Source: an uncultured virus (IMG/VR IMGVR_UViG_3300030372_002776) (taxonomy: Duplodnaviria; Heunggongvirae; Uroviricota; Caudoviricetes). Taken from it: DNA of 64,000 bases. The notes under the pieces are model-generated. The model was not told the origin of the DNA. It saw nothing but the letters and a program-made list of their open reading frames with translations, and ran no database searches. The number at the start of each line of letters is the position of its first letter. Position 1 is the first letter of the stretch. The stretch lies in IMG/VR virus record IMGVR_UViG_3300030372_002776. One strand, 5' to 3'. The position numbers and the translations under genes were made by a program. Positions 15,517 through 25,179 of this stretch are shown here, piece by piece.

Positions 15517-17830
15517 ATTCCTCTCTTGTTATATTACGCATTTGCTCAACATAAGGAGCGTGAACTCCGTAAGAATCATGGATAAAAGAAAGCTTTAATA
15601 TTCCTTCTTTTAACAACCTATATATCACTAGAAACATATGAGCAGCATCAAGGGAGTGAATGTAGTTTGGGGATATACTTAAAACAGCTTTTCTTACATC
15701 TACATCTTCTGTGTATGTGTAAAAAGTTAGCTCTTTATGGTTAAACAAAGAAGCCAAGCTTCTTCTATTCTTTTTCATGTTGTATGAATGAACTACCTTA
15801 AAACCACTTGGGGTAGTATACTCAACGTGTTTATTTGCATTGCCTAATATAGTAGTAGCTTCCTTTAAGAAGTCTTTACCTTTGTTAGGCATTTCTAAAG
15901 TTTGAGATAATGATTCTTGAATTGCTCTAGCTAATTCAACTACAGCACCTCCTACCATATCTTTGTTTACCCAATCAAGATGTCCTTCTGATTTTATGTA
16001 TTTTTGTATTCCATAAAAAGTAAGGCCATAAGAATCACACATAGTAGGTCGTTTAGTTACTTCTCTTTTAATACCGTCAGACCAATGATTTAAAAATACT
16101 TCATACCAATCTACAGTATCTTTATTTTCATAACATACTTCTGTAGTTTTATTTGATACAAATCCATATAGATCTTCTGGGTTGGTGTTGTCTTTCAGGT
16201 TCGTGAGTGTGGCCGTCAAGGGGTCGCGCATGATTCCAGACCAGTGCTGTGTACCATTACACTTGCCATCAATATGGACATCAATCTGTGTAAGGCCATC
16301 AGTTCTACATAAATCAAAGATCACCTTTAATCTAGTAAAAGAAGGATTCTTTTTCTTTTTATCAGATAGCCATTCCTTATTGGAATAAGGGTCTTCATTA
16401 ATAGCCTTAAACATTTCCATATTATCATCAACCCACTTAACCCTATCTTCTAACTTTAGCTTATCTTTATCAAAGAGATTAGATAGATAAATCTTTAACC
16501 ACTTACTTCCTTCTTCCGTTTGCTCTACAGGTTCTGCGAATTGAATTAATGATAAATCAAAATCAGATCCTTGGCAACAAAGAAGCTCACAAGTACCGTA
16601 ACATCTTCCTCTAAAGTCTAAAGTATAAGGCATGTAAAAGAAAGATTCTTTAGATAACTGATTAGCTAAATCTAATCGAACTAACATCCTAGCTCTTTTT
16701 TGTTCTTCTTTAAACCAATTACCCCAAGCCTCTTCTTTTCTTTGGCACCACTTAGCTTGATCCTCTTTAGTTCCTTCTTTAGGATACTCTTCTTGAAATT
16801 CAAATCCAGAGAAATCATAAGCAGGTAGATTACCTAATTTAGTATTTGCTTTAAACAGATTTGTAATTACCTCAAGAACCCTAGTGTTTACACACCATTC
16901 AGTAGATCCCATAGCATTCAATCCTTCTATTACTAATGGAGAAGGCTGAGAGAATTTCTGTTCTCTTTTCTCTTCTCCATAATAATTAGAAAGAAATCTA
17001 TGGACTACTTCTTTTCTTAAGTAAGGAGTTAGATATCCCCCGCTTCTTCCTGTAGTATGTGGAACAGGAGGAACAATCATAGGTCTAAAGATTAATTCAG
17101 TAGTCTCTAAAGATTTATGTCTTTTATATAATTCTTTAATTATCTTTTGATCTAAAGATACATAGAGTTTTCTTGACCATCGTTTTCCATTTTTTTCAAT
17201 TACCTTTGAGGTTTGAATTACACTGCTTTTTTCAGCAATCCGTAGCATATGATGACCAAAGTCTTCTTGCATCTTTAAAGACATCTTAGGTATTTCAGAT
17301 ACCTTTTTTACAAAAGCCATACATCTTTTAGGAGACCAGTTTTTAACAAACTTTGATTGTCTTTCCCAATCTCCCTTAAAGTTTTTCTTTGCTTGTTGAT
17401 AAGATACAATGGCTACAGCATCTTTAGCAATAGATCTACAAACAGTCTGAGCCAAAGGAGGAGAATGAGGGAACGTATCATTCTTAAATCCGAAGTAACC
17501 AGTAGTAAGCCAGCACCTAATCACGCATCTAATTGTTAGGTCTGCCATTTTTCTAGCACCTAAAACAATAAGAGGATGAACCCACGCTGGAGTTTTCTTA
17601 CAAGAGGTAGTTTTATCTATCCATTCTTGATAGAAAGGTTCAAGATATTCTATTGCAGAGTCTAGTAATTGCTGCTCTGGGATACCCTCATCAGGAGCGC
17701 GAGTGTACTCTTTCCAGTACTTGTCCTTACCGCCCATCAGCATTGCTTGTTCAGCTTCTAACTGTCGTGCGGTACGAACCTCTTGTTCTTCTGATGAAAG
17801 GGTATCCCAAAGCATTGCAACATTCTCCAC
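15374..17830 (-). CDS. Single-subunit DNA-directed RNA polymerase, T7 gp1-like
   Basis: 'PMIVPP', 'LDFRGRCY', motif A 'DGKCNGTQH', motif B 'REVTKRPTMCDSYG', 'PNYIHSLDAAH', motif C 'IHDSYG', C-terminal YLFS. Confidence 0.97.
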   Translation of the reverse strand: MENVAMLWDTLSSEEQEVRTARQLEAEQAMLMGGKDKYWKEYTRAPDEGIPEQQLLDSAIEYLEPFYQEWIDKTTSCKKTPAWVHPLIVLGARKMADLTIRCVIRCWLTTGYFGFKNDTFPHSPPLAQTVCRSIAKDAVAIVSYQQAKKNFKGDWERQSKFVKNWSPKRCMAFVKKVSEIPKMSLKMQEDFGHHMLRIAEKSSVIQTSKVIEKNGKRWSRKLYVSLDQKIIKELYKRHKSLETTELIFRPMIVPPVPHTTGRSGGYLTPYLRKEVVHRFLSNYYGEEKREQKFSQPSPLVIEGLNAMGSTEWCVNTRVLEVITNLFKANTKLGNLPAYDFSGFEFQEEYPKEGTKEDQAKWCQRKEEAWGNWFKEEQKRARMLVRLDLANQLSKESFFYMPYTLDFRGRCYGTCELLCCQGSDFDLSLIQFAEPVEQTEEGSKWLKIYLSNLFDKDKLKLEDRVKWVDDNMEMFKAINEDPYSNKEWLSDKKKKNPSFTRLKVIFDLCRTDGLTQIDVHIDGKCNGTQHWSGIMRDPLTATLTNLKDNTNPEDLYGFVSNKTTEVCYENKDTVDWYEVFLNHWSDGIKREVTKRPTMCDSYGLTFYGIQKYIKSEGHLDWVNKDMVGGAVVELARAIQESLSQTLEMPNKGKDFLKEATTILGNANKHVEYTTPSGFKVVHSYNMKKNRRSLASLFNHKELTFYTYTEDVDVRKAVLSISPNYIHSLDAAHMFLVIYRLLKEGILKLSFIHDSYGVHAPYVEQMRNITREEFVKIHEENQLQTFKEEIERNTDLTLPSVPERGRFEISRVLKSDYLFS

Positions 17831-17867
17831 TACTCACCCAATTATTCGGGTGTAGTTGTCTTTAATG

Positions 17868-18875
17868 TCAAACAGACAAGGCCATTTTCATAACTTGACT
17901 AGAAGCATCAGCAGCCTTACCAATCAGGTTATTATGAATACGACTATTATCTGACATCTTTCTGCCTCGGCTGCCCTCACGGTGCTGAAGCCAATTGGTA
18001 ACCGAGTTAGCAGCAACCCAAGCCGAAGCTTCAAGTCCATGCTCTGATCGTTCCTTGTCAAAGATATTAGACCATTCAGCAATAGTCTGAGCAGCCTTGA
18101 CAGTAGCACGTTCTTCCTTATCAGTAATAGGATTACTTGTGAACTGTTCCTGAGTTTCTGTATAAACCCTAACCCAGAAGTTCTGGATATCAGCGTAAGA
18201 CATCAGACGATGAGACATACTCTCTACCTTTTCTTGGAAAAGGCTACCAGTTTCACGGAACCGCTTAAGAGCGCGGCGAAGATCAGCAATCTTCTCTGTC
18301 ATCTCTCCGGTATGCTTAATACGGTAAAGATTACGGCCACCCTGTGAGAGAGCCATATTCAAAGTGTTAGCACAAACAACCCGGATGCTAGTCGGAAGAC
18401 CGCTGAGCGAGAGGGTTCCGTTGAAGCTGTTAAAAAGCCCAAGATATTGAGTAACGCTATCATTTGAACTAGAAACATCAAAGGTATCTCCTCGAAGCAT
18501 AATATAGATCTTCTTGTTATTGTCAAGACTACCTGCCGTTTCAACACGGACATCAGCACCAAGCTCATAAGCAATATCGAACAGTTCCTCATTCTGAACA
18601 ACCTGATAGCTTGGAGAGACAAGGCCAAGAATATCACCAGTATCCTGACGAATAGTAGCTACATTCTTAGTGCTGATAGCATCTTCAATTTCACCATCCT
18701 CATTCTCATACTCAGCAATAATACTAGGAGACTTCACAACCTTCCAGTCAAGACCCGAGAGACGAAGAGCCTCAGCAGGAGAGGGGGAGTGTTCAACCAC
18801 AGTACCAAGACCGTGCCAAGCAGCTTCTCCGTTAGCGTACATAGCGGTATCGTTTTCATACATTTCGTGTGACAT
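17868..18875 (-). CDS. DUF932 / LGT_TIGR03299-family protein
   Basis: 'AWHGLGTVV', 'GLDWKV', 'YQVVQNEELF', 'ETAGSL', 'TSIRVVCANTL'. Confidence 0.9.
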   Translation of the reverse strand: MSHEMYENDTAMYANGEAAWHGLGTVVEHSPSPAEALRLSGLDWKVVKSPSIIAEYENEDGEIEDAISTKNVATIRQDTGDILGLVSPSYQVVQNEELFDIAYELGADVRVETAGSLDNNKKIYIMLRGDTFDVSSSNDSVTQYLGLFNSFNGTLSLSGLPTSIRVVCANTLNMALSQGGRNLYRIKHTGEMTEKIADLRRALKRFRETGSLFQEKVESMSHRLMSYADIQNFWVRVYTETQEQFTSNPITDKEERATVKAAQTIAEWSNIFDKERSEHGLEASAWVAANSVTNWLQHREGSRGRKMSDNSRIHNNLIGKAADASSQVMKMALSV

Positions 18876-18878
18876 GCT

Positions 18879-19148
18879 TTATTTTCCTTCTGTAATTTTG
18901 TTTACATAATAACTAAGGGGATACCAATCAGATCCTTTTCTGATCCATCCTTTATTATATTCGTCAATTAATTCTTTACTTTTCAATTCCTTTACCATCT
19001 TTTGTTCATTAGATAGTTCAGGACAATTAAGGCAATCTCTTTTAGGCCATCCGCATTCACATAGCGATTGCTTCCCAAGAGGCGGGGAAGAGGGGTTTGA
19101 TAATTTCTCCAATTGATTTAGCGTAAGTTTGGATTTCTGATTGTGCAT
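18879..19148 (-). CDS. Hypothetical Cys-containing protein (start uncertain, overlaps thyX end)
   Basis: CECG...CLNC; fills the gap between thyX and DUF932. Confidence 0.35.
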   Translation of the reverse strand: MHNQKSKLTLNQLEKLSNPSSPPLGKQSLCECGWPKRDCLNCPELSNEQKMVKELKSKELIDEYNKGWIRKGSDWYPLSYYVNKITEGK

Positions 19149-19773
19149 GAGAGTCCGTTCTAAGTTTATAAAATCTAGCATAAGCTGCTAAGCTACCTGT
19201 CCAATACCATGTTGTCATCATACCCTGAGGAAGCACAAACCTAGCTTGTTCTGGGCATACACCCTTGATAATCATTGTATTATAAGCAGCCAATCCAAGT
19301 TGGCAAGCTTCTTGGTATTCTTTATCAAGAGTAATTGAATCATCTAGATCAAAGTCTTCTCCACTTCCTTGTTTAATATTTCCTTCTGGCTTTTTCTTCC
19401 ACTTAGGATTAAAAAACTTAGGGGTGGTTTTAACATATCGTCTAGAGATTTCATTTTCTACAAAGCCCTGCTTATGTTTAAAGAACTGAGTTCTAATAGG
19501 AACAGGCGCAGTAATTCGTAGCGTAACTGAAGTATGAGCAAAGGGAGTCCAGTGATTGTGTTTAGCAAGATAGTTTATAAGCTTCTCATCTTTTTCACTT
19601 AACTTCTGAAACTCATAATCACTAGGAAGCTGACCGATAACAGAATCAAATCTGCTTTTAGCAACTGTATCTACTTCCCATGCAGATTCTTTGTTATGAG
19701 AAACTCTAGCTGCATTTACTACAGAAAGATCTGTACCCATGTGATCTATGTATTCAACATTATTCGTCATCAT
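19057..19773 (-). CDS. thyX: FAD-dependent thymidylate synthase
   Basis: 'DLSVVNAARVS', 'HWTPFAH', 'NEISRRYV', 'PEQARFVLP', 'HAQSEI'; start reassigned to ATG 19773. Confidence 0.93.
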   Translation of the reverse strand: MMTNNVEYIDHMGTDLSVVNAARVSHNKESAWEVDTVAKSRFDSVIGQLPSDYEFQKLSEKDEKLINYLAKHNHWTPFAHTSVTLRITAPVPIRTQFFKHKQGFVENEISRRYVKTTPKFFNPKWKKKPEGNIKQGSGEDFDLDDSITLDKEYQEACQLGLAAYNTMIIKGVCPEQARFVLPQGMMTTWYWTGSLAAYARFYKLRTDSHAQSEIQTYAKSIGEIIKPLFPASWEAIAM

Positions 19774-22221
19774 CAGGAGGATCCATCCTATCAAGTTCTT
19801 GTACAACCAAATCAATAATCGAAGAGCTATATGTTTTCCATATGAGATCCATACCATTAAATATTTCTACGTCATATCGTTCATACTCTTCAAAATTAAA
19901 CTCACCTAAAACTTCACCCTCTTCATCATATACAATAAAAGAAAGGATATAATAATCTACCCATTCATAATCCCATTGTTCCTTCAAACCAAAGGCGTGG
20001 TCGAAACTATTATCAACGTGTTGCCATTCCACTTCAATATTAACTTCCGCCCACCTATTCATTTTATTATGATGTATAAAACTTAAATCATCTAGGTGAT
20101 GTTCAGTTACGGTTTCCATCAGCTTACCCAATCTATATCAAACGAATTGTTATCACCCTTATTTTTAGTTTGCGTTTTCTTTTCTACAAACAAATCTCTA
20201 AAGGTTTTCTTACAGAACATCTTACAAACAGGTGTGTTGTCGATATCAATCTTGTTAGCCTTACAGTAAAGAAGCCACTCTTCATACAAAGCTTCAGTAA
20301 CTGCCTCAAGAATAACTTTCTTCTTAGATCTTCCCATATTGTTCCTTCATTCCTTTCTTAAGTTTTGTTTCAATAGTCTTTAGCTCTTCATACATATTAC
20401 CAAACGTACCACATGCTGTAATATGTCGGTGCTTCTTCCCTTGCCACACATAATAAAACCACTTGTTGGCTCCGGTGCAAACCTGTATAACATCTTCAGG
20501 TTGATTAGGGAGAGGAAGAGAGCTATCAGTGAATAGAATTTTCATTATGCATCCTTTTTAATAAGAGGAAAGAGTTCATACTGGTGTCCATATTCCAGTG
20601 CAGGAATGTCAGCAATATAATCTAGAGCTTCTTGGTTAGTATTAAAGGGACCATGCAAAGCGATTCCCTTCTGCATATTACCCGTCACTATTACCCAACT
20701 CTTGATCTTCACACCATTGAAGCCACTCAAGGTAGTCTGCTGATCGTACATCAAAGTATTCATATCTAAGATCTTTATCCAATTGTTCAGGAGATGAAAG
20801 GGAAAGCCACAATTTGTGATCAAGGTGATCTACATCATTCGACATCTTCGTCATCCTCTTCTTCGGGTTCATAGTTACTTACAAACTCGTCTACTTTTTC
20901 TTTAGTAAGAGAAGGAATGCTATTCCTAAAGTAGTTCTCTACAATATTACCAATATCAGTATCAAAATCACAAAGAAGTTCTTCTATAAGATCATCAAGA
21001 TCTTCAATATCTTCAAGCTCTTCTTCATAGTCTTCACGAAGAAGGGCTTCAACAGTATCTTCAAGTTCAAGCTTAAGAGCATCATAAAAACTCATAGTGA
21101 TTAATCCTTAATCAGGTGGTTCATTGCTTCCATAAAGTTACGACCATTAGCGTCTGTAATCTTAGGGGAATAAGTTTTACAAACATCATACTCAAGTTCA
21201 GGACACCGTTGATGTAGGACAGCAAACCTATCGTGAACATCCTGAACATTACCAAGAAACTTCATGTTTTCTTGGTTAGGTTCCATGTAAATGTATCTGA
21301 AAATTTCTCTGCCAATGACGGATACGGATTGATAATCTGAGTTATCATTGTTCTTCTCAAAGAACTTGTCAGAGTTCCTAGATTTATTAACAAGGAAACC
21401 AATAGCACAATAACGACAGTCATCGCCATCAGTCTTATACTTACATTCACCAGTATTTTCAATACCAAACTGGTTCTTCTGACGAACATAATAATCCAAT
21501 ACCAAGTTAACGATACGATCTTTAGTCATCTTCATGAGATATCTCCTTTGGGAGTACAGGCTTCAGTAAACTTATCTACATTAAACCGTGGATTAACTCC
21601 ACGGCAAAACCTACAAAAACGCTTAACAATATGGGCGCGGTCTTCGGGATGAAGATCCGCACCCTTAATAAGTTCGGCAATGCTTTCAAAATGTTTCTTA
21701 GTCATCGTCATCATTTTGTTCCCTACGAATTCTTTCTTGTACCCAATCAGGAAGCTCACCATACTCTTCCCAAAACTCTGACCATTCTTTAATAGCTTCA
21801 TCGTCAAGGCTACTTAAATCAGGGTTCTCTTGGTCATAGTTTTCTTCGTTGTCTGGATCTAGGTATTCTACCATTATTTTTGTACTCCATAATCTCATAA
21901 TTTTGCGATACAAAATTCTTTTTAATATCTCTTTGCGCCTCCGAAACAGAGGAGTACAACATAACTTTTCTATTACTATCGAGAACCCAACTCGGTTCAG
22001 TTAAAGAGTTTTCATTAACGCAAAGCAATCCATACTTACTTCTGCTGTCGTTCACCATAAGTTTCCATCCAGTATACTAGAATATCTCTTGCGTTTCTAT
22101 TAGAAATATCAAAAGCTTCTTGAACATATTCAGAAGCACCAAACATATTCACATCACCAGAATCTCTCAAGTTATCAAGAAACTTCAAGTGCTTATCTTC
22201 TACAATCTCTGGCTTTTCCAT
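19760..22221 (-). CDS. Block of about 11 small early genes (e.g. 19760-20131, 20119-20337, 20324-20545, 20835-21095, 21101-21535, 21834-22058, 22036-22221)
   Basis: Tightly packed or overlapping minus-strand ORFs of 50-145 aa, many acidic, as in host-takeover regions. Confidence 0.6.
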
Positions 22222-22753
22222 TTTCTAAAACCTTTCTAATTTTATTCTTAGTTAATGTTCTTCTTGAATGAAGGGATACTTTACTGCAATTTAAAGTATC
22301 AGCTAAATATTCGTCTTCTATTCTATCTATAATCTTGTTTATAAGAATCAAAGAACTATCTAATGATATTTCTTTTTCTAGTATTTTCAAAATAACTTTA
22401 GCATCCTCTTTAGCATCTTGCTTGTCAAACACAGGGTCGAACAACCAATTATCTAAATTATCTATATCAGAAATAACAGAAAAAGGAATTTCTTTAGAAA
22501 CAAAACCACGGTCTTCCCTTTGTAATTTAAAGTCTTGACGATATACGTCTACAACTCTTTTTCTACATCCGTTCAACCACTGTTCTAAATTTCCCTTGGA
22601 TGGATCATATAATCTATCGTAGTTTTCTTTAGCCCAAAGCCATAAAATGTTTACACGTTCATCTTTATCATATCGAGGAGTATGTCTAGCGACATAGCTT
22701 TCTCTTTCAAGAACAGCTTTGGCTGCTTCATATATTTCAATATCTAGACTCAT
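22193..22753 (-). CDS. Divergent sigma-70/ECF-like factor
   Basis: 'LYDPSKGNLEQWLNGCRKRVVDVYRQ' (region 2-like); 'EYLADTLNCSKVSLHSRRTLTKNKIRKVL' (region 4-like). Confidence 0.6.
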   Translation of the reverse strand: MSLDIEIYEAAKAVLERESYVARHTPRYDKDERVNILWLWAKENYDRLYDPSKGNLEQWLNGCRKRVVDVYRQDFKLQREDRGFVSKEIPFSVISDIDNLDNWLFDPVFDKQDAKEDAKVILKILEKEISLDSSLILINKIIDRIEDEYLADTLNCSKVSLHSRRTLTKNKIRKVLENGKARDCRR

Positions 22754-22764
22754 AATATTCTTTC

Positions 22765-23100
22765 TTATGAACCTAATTCATATCTTTGCCCTGTTGTTGT
22801 GACAGTTAAATAAGAATTATCTTTTTCTAAATTAATAACTATATTAGGGGTCTCTTCAAATTCAGTAGCTAACTTAGCTGTTATCCCCATCATGGGTAGA
22901 CTGTGGGCAGAGTATACATACTCATCCCCGGTAATTTTTTTACTATGAACTTCTACATGAAACATAGCAGACTTAGATTCAAACCAATTAGTAAAATCAG
23001 CAAGACCGGCATACAAAGTACCTTTATAATATTTCCCGGTGCCGTCTAGAATTTCTACATTTAGTTCATTAATTGAATCATCTTCGCAATTGCATGGCAT
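22765..23100 (-). CDS. Hypothetical protein
   Basis: 111 aa; SD AAAGGAG. Confidence 0.65.
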   Translation of the reverse strand: MPCNCEDDSINELNVEILDGTGKYYKGTLYAGLADFTNWFESKSAMFHVEVHSKKITGDEYVYSAHSLPMMGITAKLATEFEETPNIVINLEKDNSYLTVTTTGQRYELGS

Positions 23101-23173
23101 TTTACAATCTCCTTTATATGAGATTTCGGCTATAACTTACGCCGCCGCCAAGCCACACTCATCAAGTTACCAC
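23096..23173 (-). ncRNA. Hammerhead-like ribozyme candidate (type I, variant core)
   Basis: TTGATGA...GAAA core, stem III ATCTC/GAGAT, stem II candidates, weak stem I. Confidence 0.3.
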
Positions 23174-23201
23174 ACTCACGATTCGTGATCGTGTATAAAA
23201 A

Positions 23202-23414
23202 ACGGTACGGACTGGTGGGATTTCCTTATTACCCACACTTCACCCTATAGCCCGCCTTGTGTAAGGCTTAACAAACTATAGGTCAGGATCAGACTTGGGA
23301 TTGCTTCTCTGCCACTTGGCCGTCTACCGCAATCTTAGCCCGTGCTTTACTCCCCACAAGACGGGAGTTATTCAGCCACAGTCCCATCCCAGCCATGCAT
23401 AGCTAGGATGCCGT
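23202..23414 (-). ncRNA. Putative multi-stem structured RNA (~210 nt)
   Basis: At least six helices in an ORF-free gap, followed by a T run. Confidence 0.65.
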
Positions 23415-23424
23415 ATATCTTATA

Positions 23425-23618
23425 TTAACTACTTCGTCGAGCATTGTGTAGCTTCTGAGCATATGCTAGAGCCACATCAGAAGAATCGTATGGCTTAGAC
23501 CACCCAAGCCGTTCACTATAGAATTGCCATTTACCTTCATGGTATACAACAGTAACATTAATAAATTCACCTGTATTCTGACATTTAAGCTCATGACATC
23601 CAGATTCATTGCCCATTG
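23425..23618 (-). CDS. Hypothetical protein
   Basis: MGNESGCHELKC...; AAGGA upstream. Confidence 0.5.
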
Positions 23619-23828
23619 TTATCGTTCCTTGTTTACTGACGGTTCGTCCGCCATCCAATCTTGAGTACCTTGCGCCACAGCTTGTAGATCTTGACCAATA
23701 CCAGAGATAGTATTACAACCAGCCATAGTAATAATCATAAACAAAGTAAGATTCAAGCACACAAAATACAGCACTACTCTACAAACAATACCATCAAGTC
23801 TCTTTACATCATTATTAATATCAGTCAT
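23619..23828 (-). CDS. Entericidin EcnA/B-like lipoprotein
   Basis: Hydrophobic signal, lipobox MAGC, then 'CNTISGIGQDLQ' (CNTxxGxGxD). Confidence 0.72.
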   Translation of the reverse strand: MTDINNDVKRLDGIVCRVVLYFVCLNLTLFMIITMAGCNTISGIGQDLQAVAQGTQDWMADEPSVNKER

Positions 23829-23831
23829 TCC

Positions 23832-24068
23832 TTAACCTTTCTTGTAATAACGCCACGCACTATCTTGTGATAGCACTTCCTTAGCTTGTGATTTCTTGAT
23901 TGTAATCTTCAACTTCGGTTCTTTGATATTGTAAATAACACACATCGTATCGTGAAGCTTATAGGACTTCTTCAAGTGATTGCCCTTGCTTGGCTTCGCC
24001 TTGAATATTCGGCCATCCGAGTTACGTTCTTCACTACTATTAAAAAACTGTTGACATCGCTTACCCAT
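23832..24068 (-). CDS. Hypothetical basic protein
   Basis: 78 aa; TAATG overlap. Confidence 0.6.
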   Translation of the reverse strand: MGKRCQQFFNSSEERNSDGRIFKAKPSKGNHLKKSYKLHDTMCVIYNIKEPKLKITIKKSQAKEVLSQDSAWRYYKKG

Positions 24069-24262
24069 TAAACCATATCTCCTCTATCTTTGAGATCTTG
24101 GATATAATCCTTCATCTCGTAGATCAGATCCCACAATTCTTTTACTTGATCTGTAAGATTACTATTCTCTCGCTTTACAGCTTCATTATCATGCAACAGA
24201 GCTTGTATAGTTATACCAAGATCTGCCATCTCATCCTCTGTCATCAGCTTGTGCATAGTCAT
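24068..24262 (-). CDS. Hypothetical coiled-coil protein
   Basis: 64 aa; SD AAAGGAG. Confidence 0.65.
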   Translation of the reverse strand: MTMHKLMTEDEMADLGITIQALLHDNEAVKRENSNLTDQVKELWDLIYEMKDYIQDLKDRGDMV

Positions 24263-24296
24263 AGTATCTCCTTTAAAGTAAAGAAAAATATAGATT

Positions 24297-24563
24297 GATG
24301 GGGTGTACCACTAAGCTGTCTCCGGGGTTATCTCCCCATACATTGCCTAGCCAGTGCTTTATACCGCCTCCAACGGTCATCTCACGACACCTATACATGC
24401 CGGTTTTTGTATTTACTGCTCGTCATTACAGGGTTGGCTCCCCACTATCCTATCACAGGAACGAGACTTTGATTTTTTGATACAACATGAGGCACAGCAT
24501 ATTTATTATAGGGTTTTCTCCCTACTATCCTTGCGGGCTGTGAACCGGGTATGAGCCTATAAG
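24297..24563 (-). ncRNA. Putative structured RNA with repeated GGGAGNNAACCC hairpin modules
   Basis: Two similar three-way-junction units (24493-24542, 24419-24465) and a third hairpin (24324-24337). Confidence 0.5.
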
Positions 24564-24571
24564 ACTCAGGG

Positions 24572-24604
24572 AAAAGATCCCCCTCCCGTTTCCGGGAGGA
24601 GGAC
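24572..24604 (-). terminator. Intrinsic terminator after the first early gene
   Basis: TCCTCCTCCCG-GAAA-CGGGAGGGGGA followed by TCTTTT. Confidence 0.75.
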
Positions 24605-24616
24605 TTGAGTCTGCTA

Positions 24617-25177
24617 TCAACCGAGCAGCGCGGTCTTGAGAGCATCCATGTCCACAACGTGGGCAGGAGCCGCATCGGCCTCACGGTGGGCCTTGAGGAT
24701 CTGTGCGATCCGCTGAGGATGCAGATCACATGCCTCAGCGATAGCCGACTGGGTGATCTTCATGCCGATCACCTTGCCGACCGCCTCGCGCTTATCAGCG
24801 TTCTCATAGAGATCGACGATAGCCGCATCGCGGGAGCCGAGCCGCTCCGCAAGAGCAGCCAGCGAGGCTCGGAGATAGTCAACGGGTCCATGAGCCGTGG
24901 CCGCATCAGCGGTCTGGATCACGGTCGGCTCCGCAGGAGCGGGAGCCTCAGGAGCAGGAGTCTCGCCCTCGAAGACGATAGCTTCGGTGCGGGCAATGTT
25001 CCGCTTGTTAGCCTCGGCCTTGCGGGCCTTGCCAGCGGCCACGTTGTTACGAAGACGGTTCTTGAACACACCAAGAACCTGATCGCGGTTCTCGGGCGAC
25101 TCAGCAGCATACGCGAGGAGATCCTTGGCAAGGAAACCAGTGATCGAAGCGGGAACAGTAGTGATAGCGTTAGTCAT
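24617..25177 (-). CDS. GC-rich first early gene with C-terminal HTH
   Basis: 186 aa; SD GGAG; 'ITQSAIAEACDLHPQRIAQIL' HTH; Pro/Ala linker; own terminator. Confidence 0.75.
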   Translation of the reverse strand: MTNAITTVPASITGFLAKDLLAYAAESPENRDQVLGVFKNRLRNNVAAGKARKAEANKRNIARTEAIVFEGETPAPEAPAPAEPTVIQTADAATAHGPVDYLRASLAALAERLGSRDAAIVDLYENADKREAVGKVIGMKITQSAIAEACDLHPQRIAQILKAHREADAAPAHVVDMDALKTALLG

Positions 25178-25179
25178 GT

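Noticed and set aside
24297..24563. CRISPR mini-array interpretation of the repeats
   Set aside because: Repeats are degenerate and irregularly spaced, and there are no cas genes
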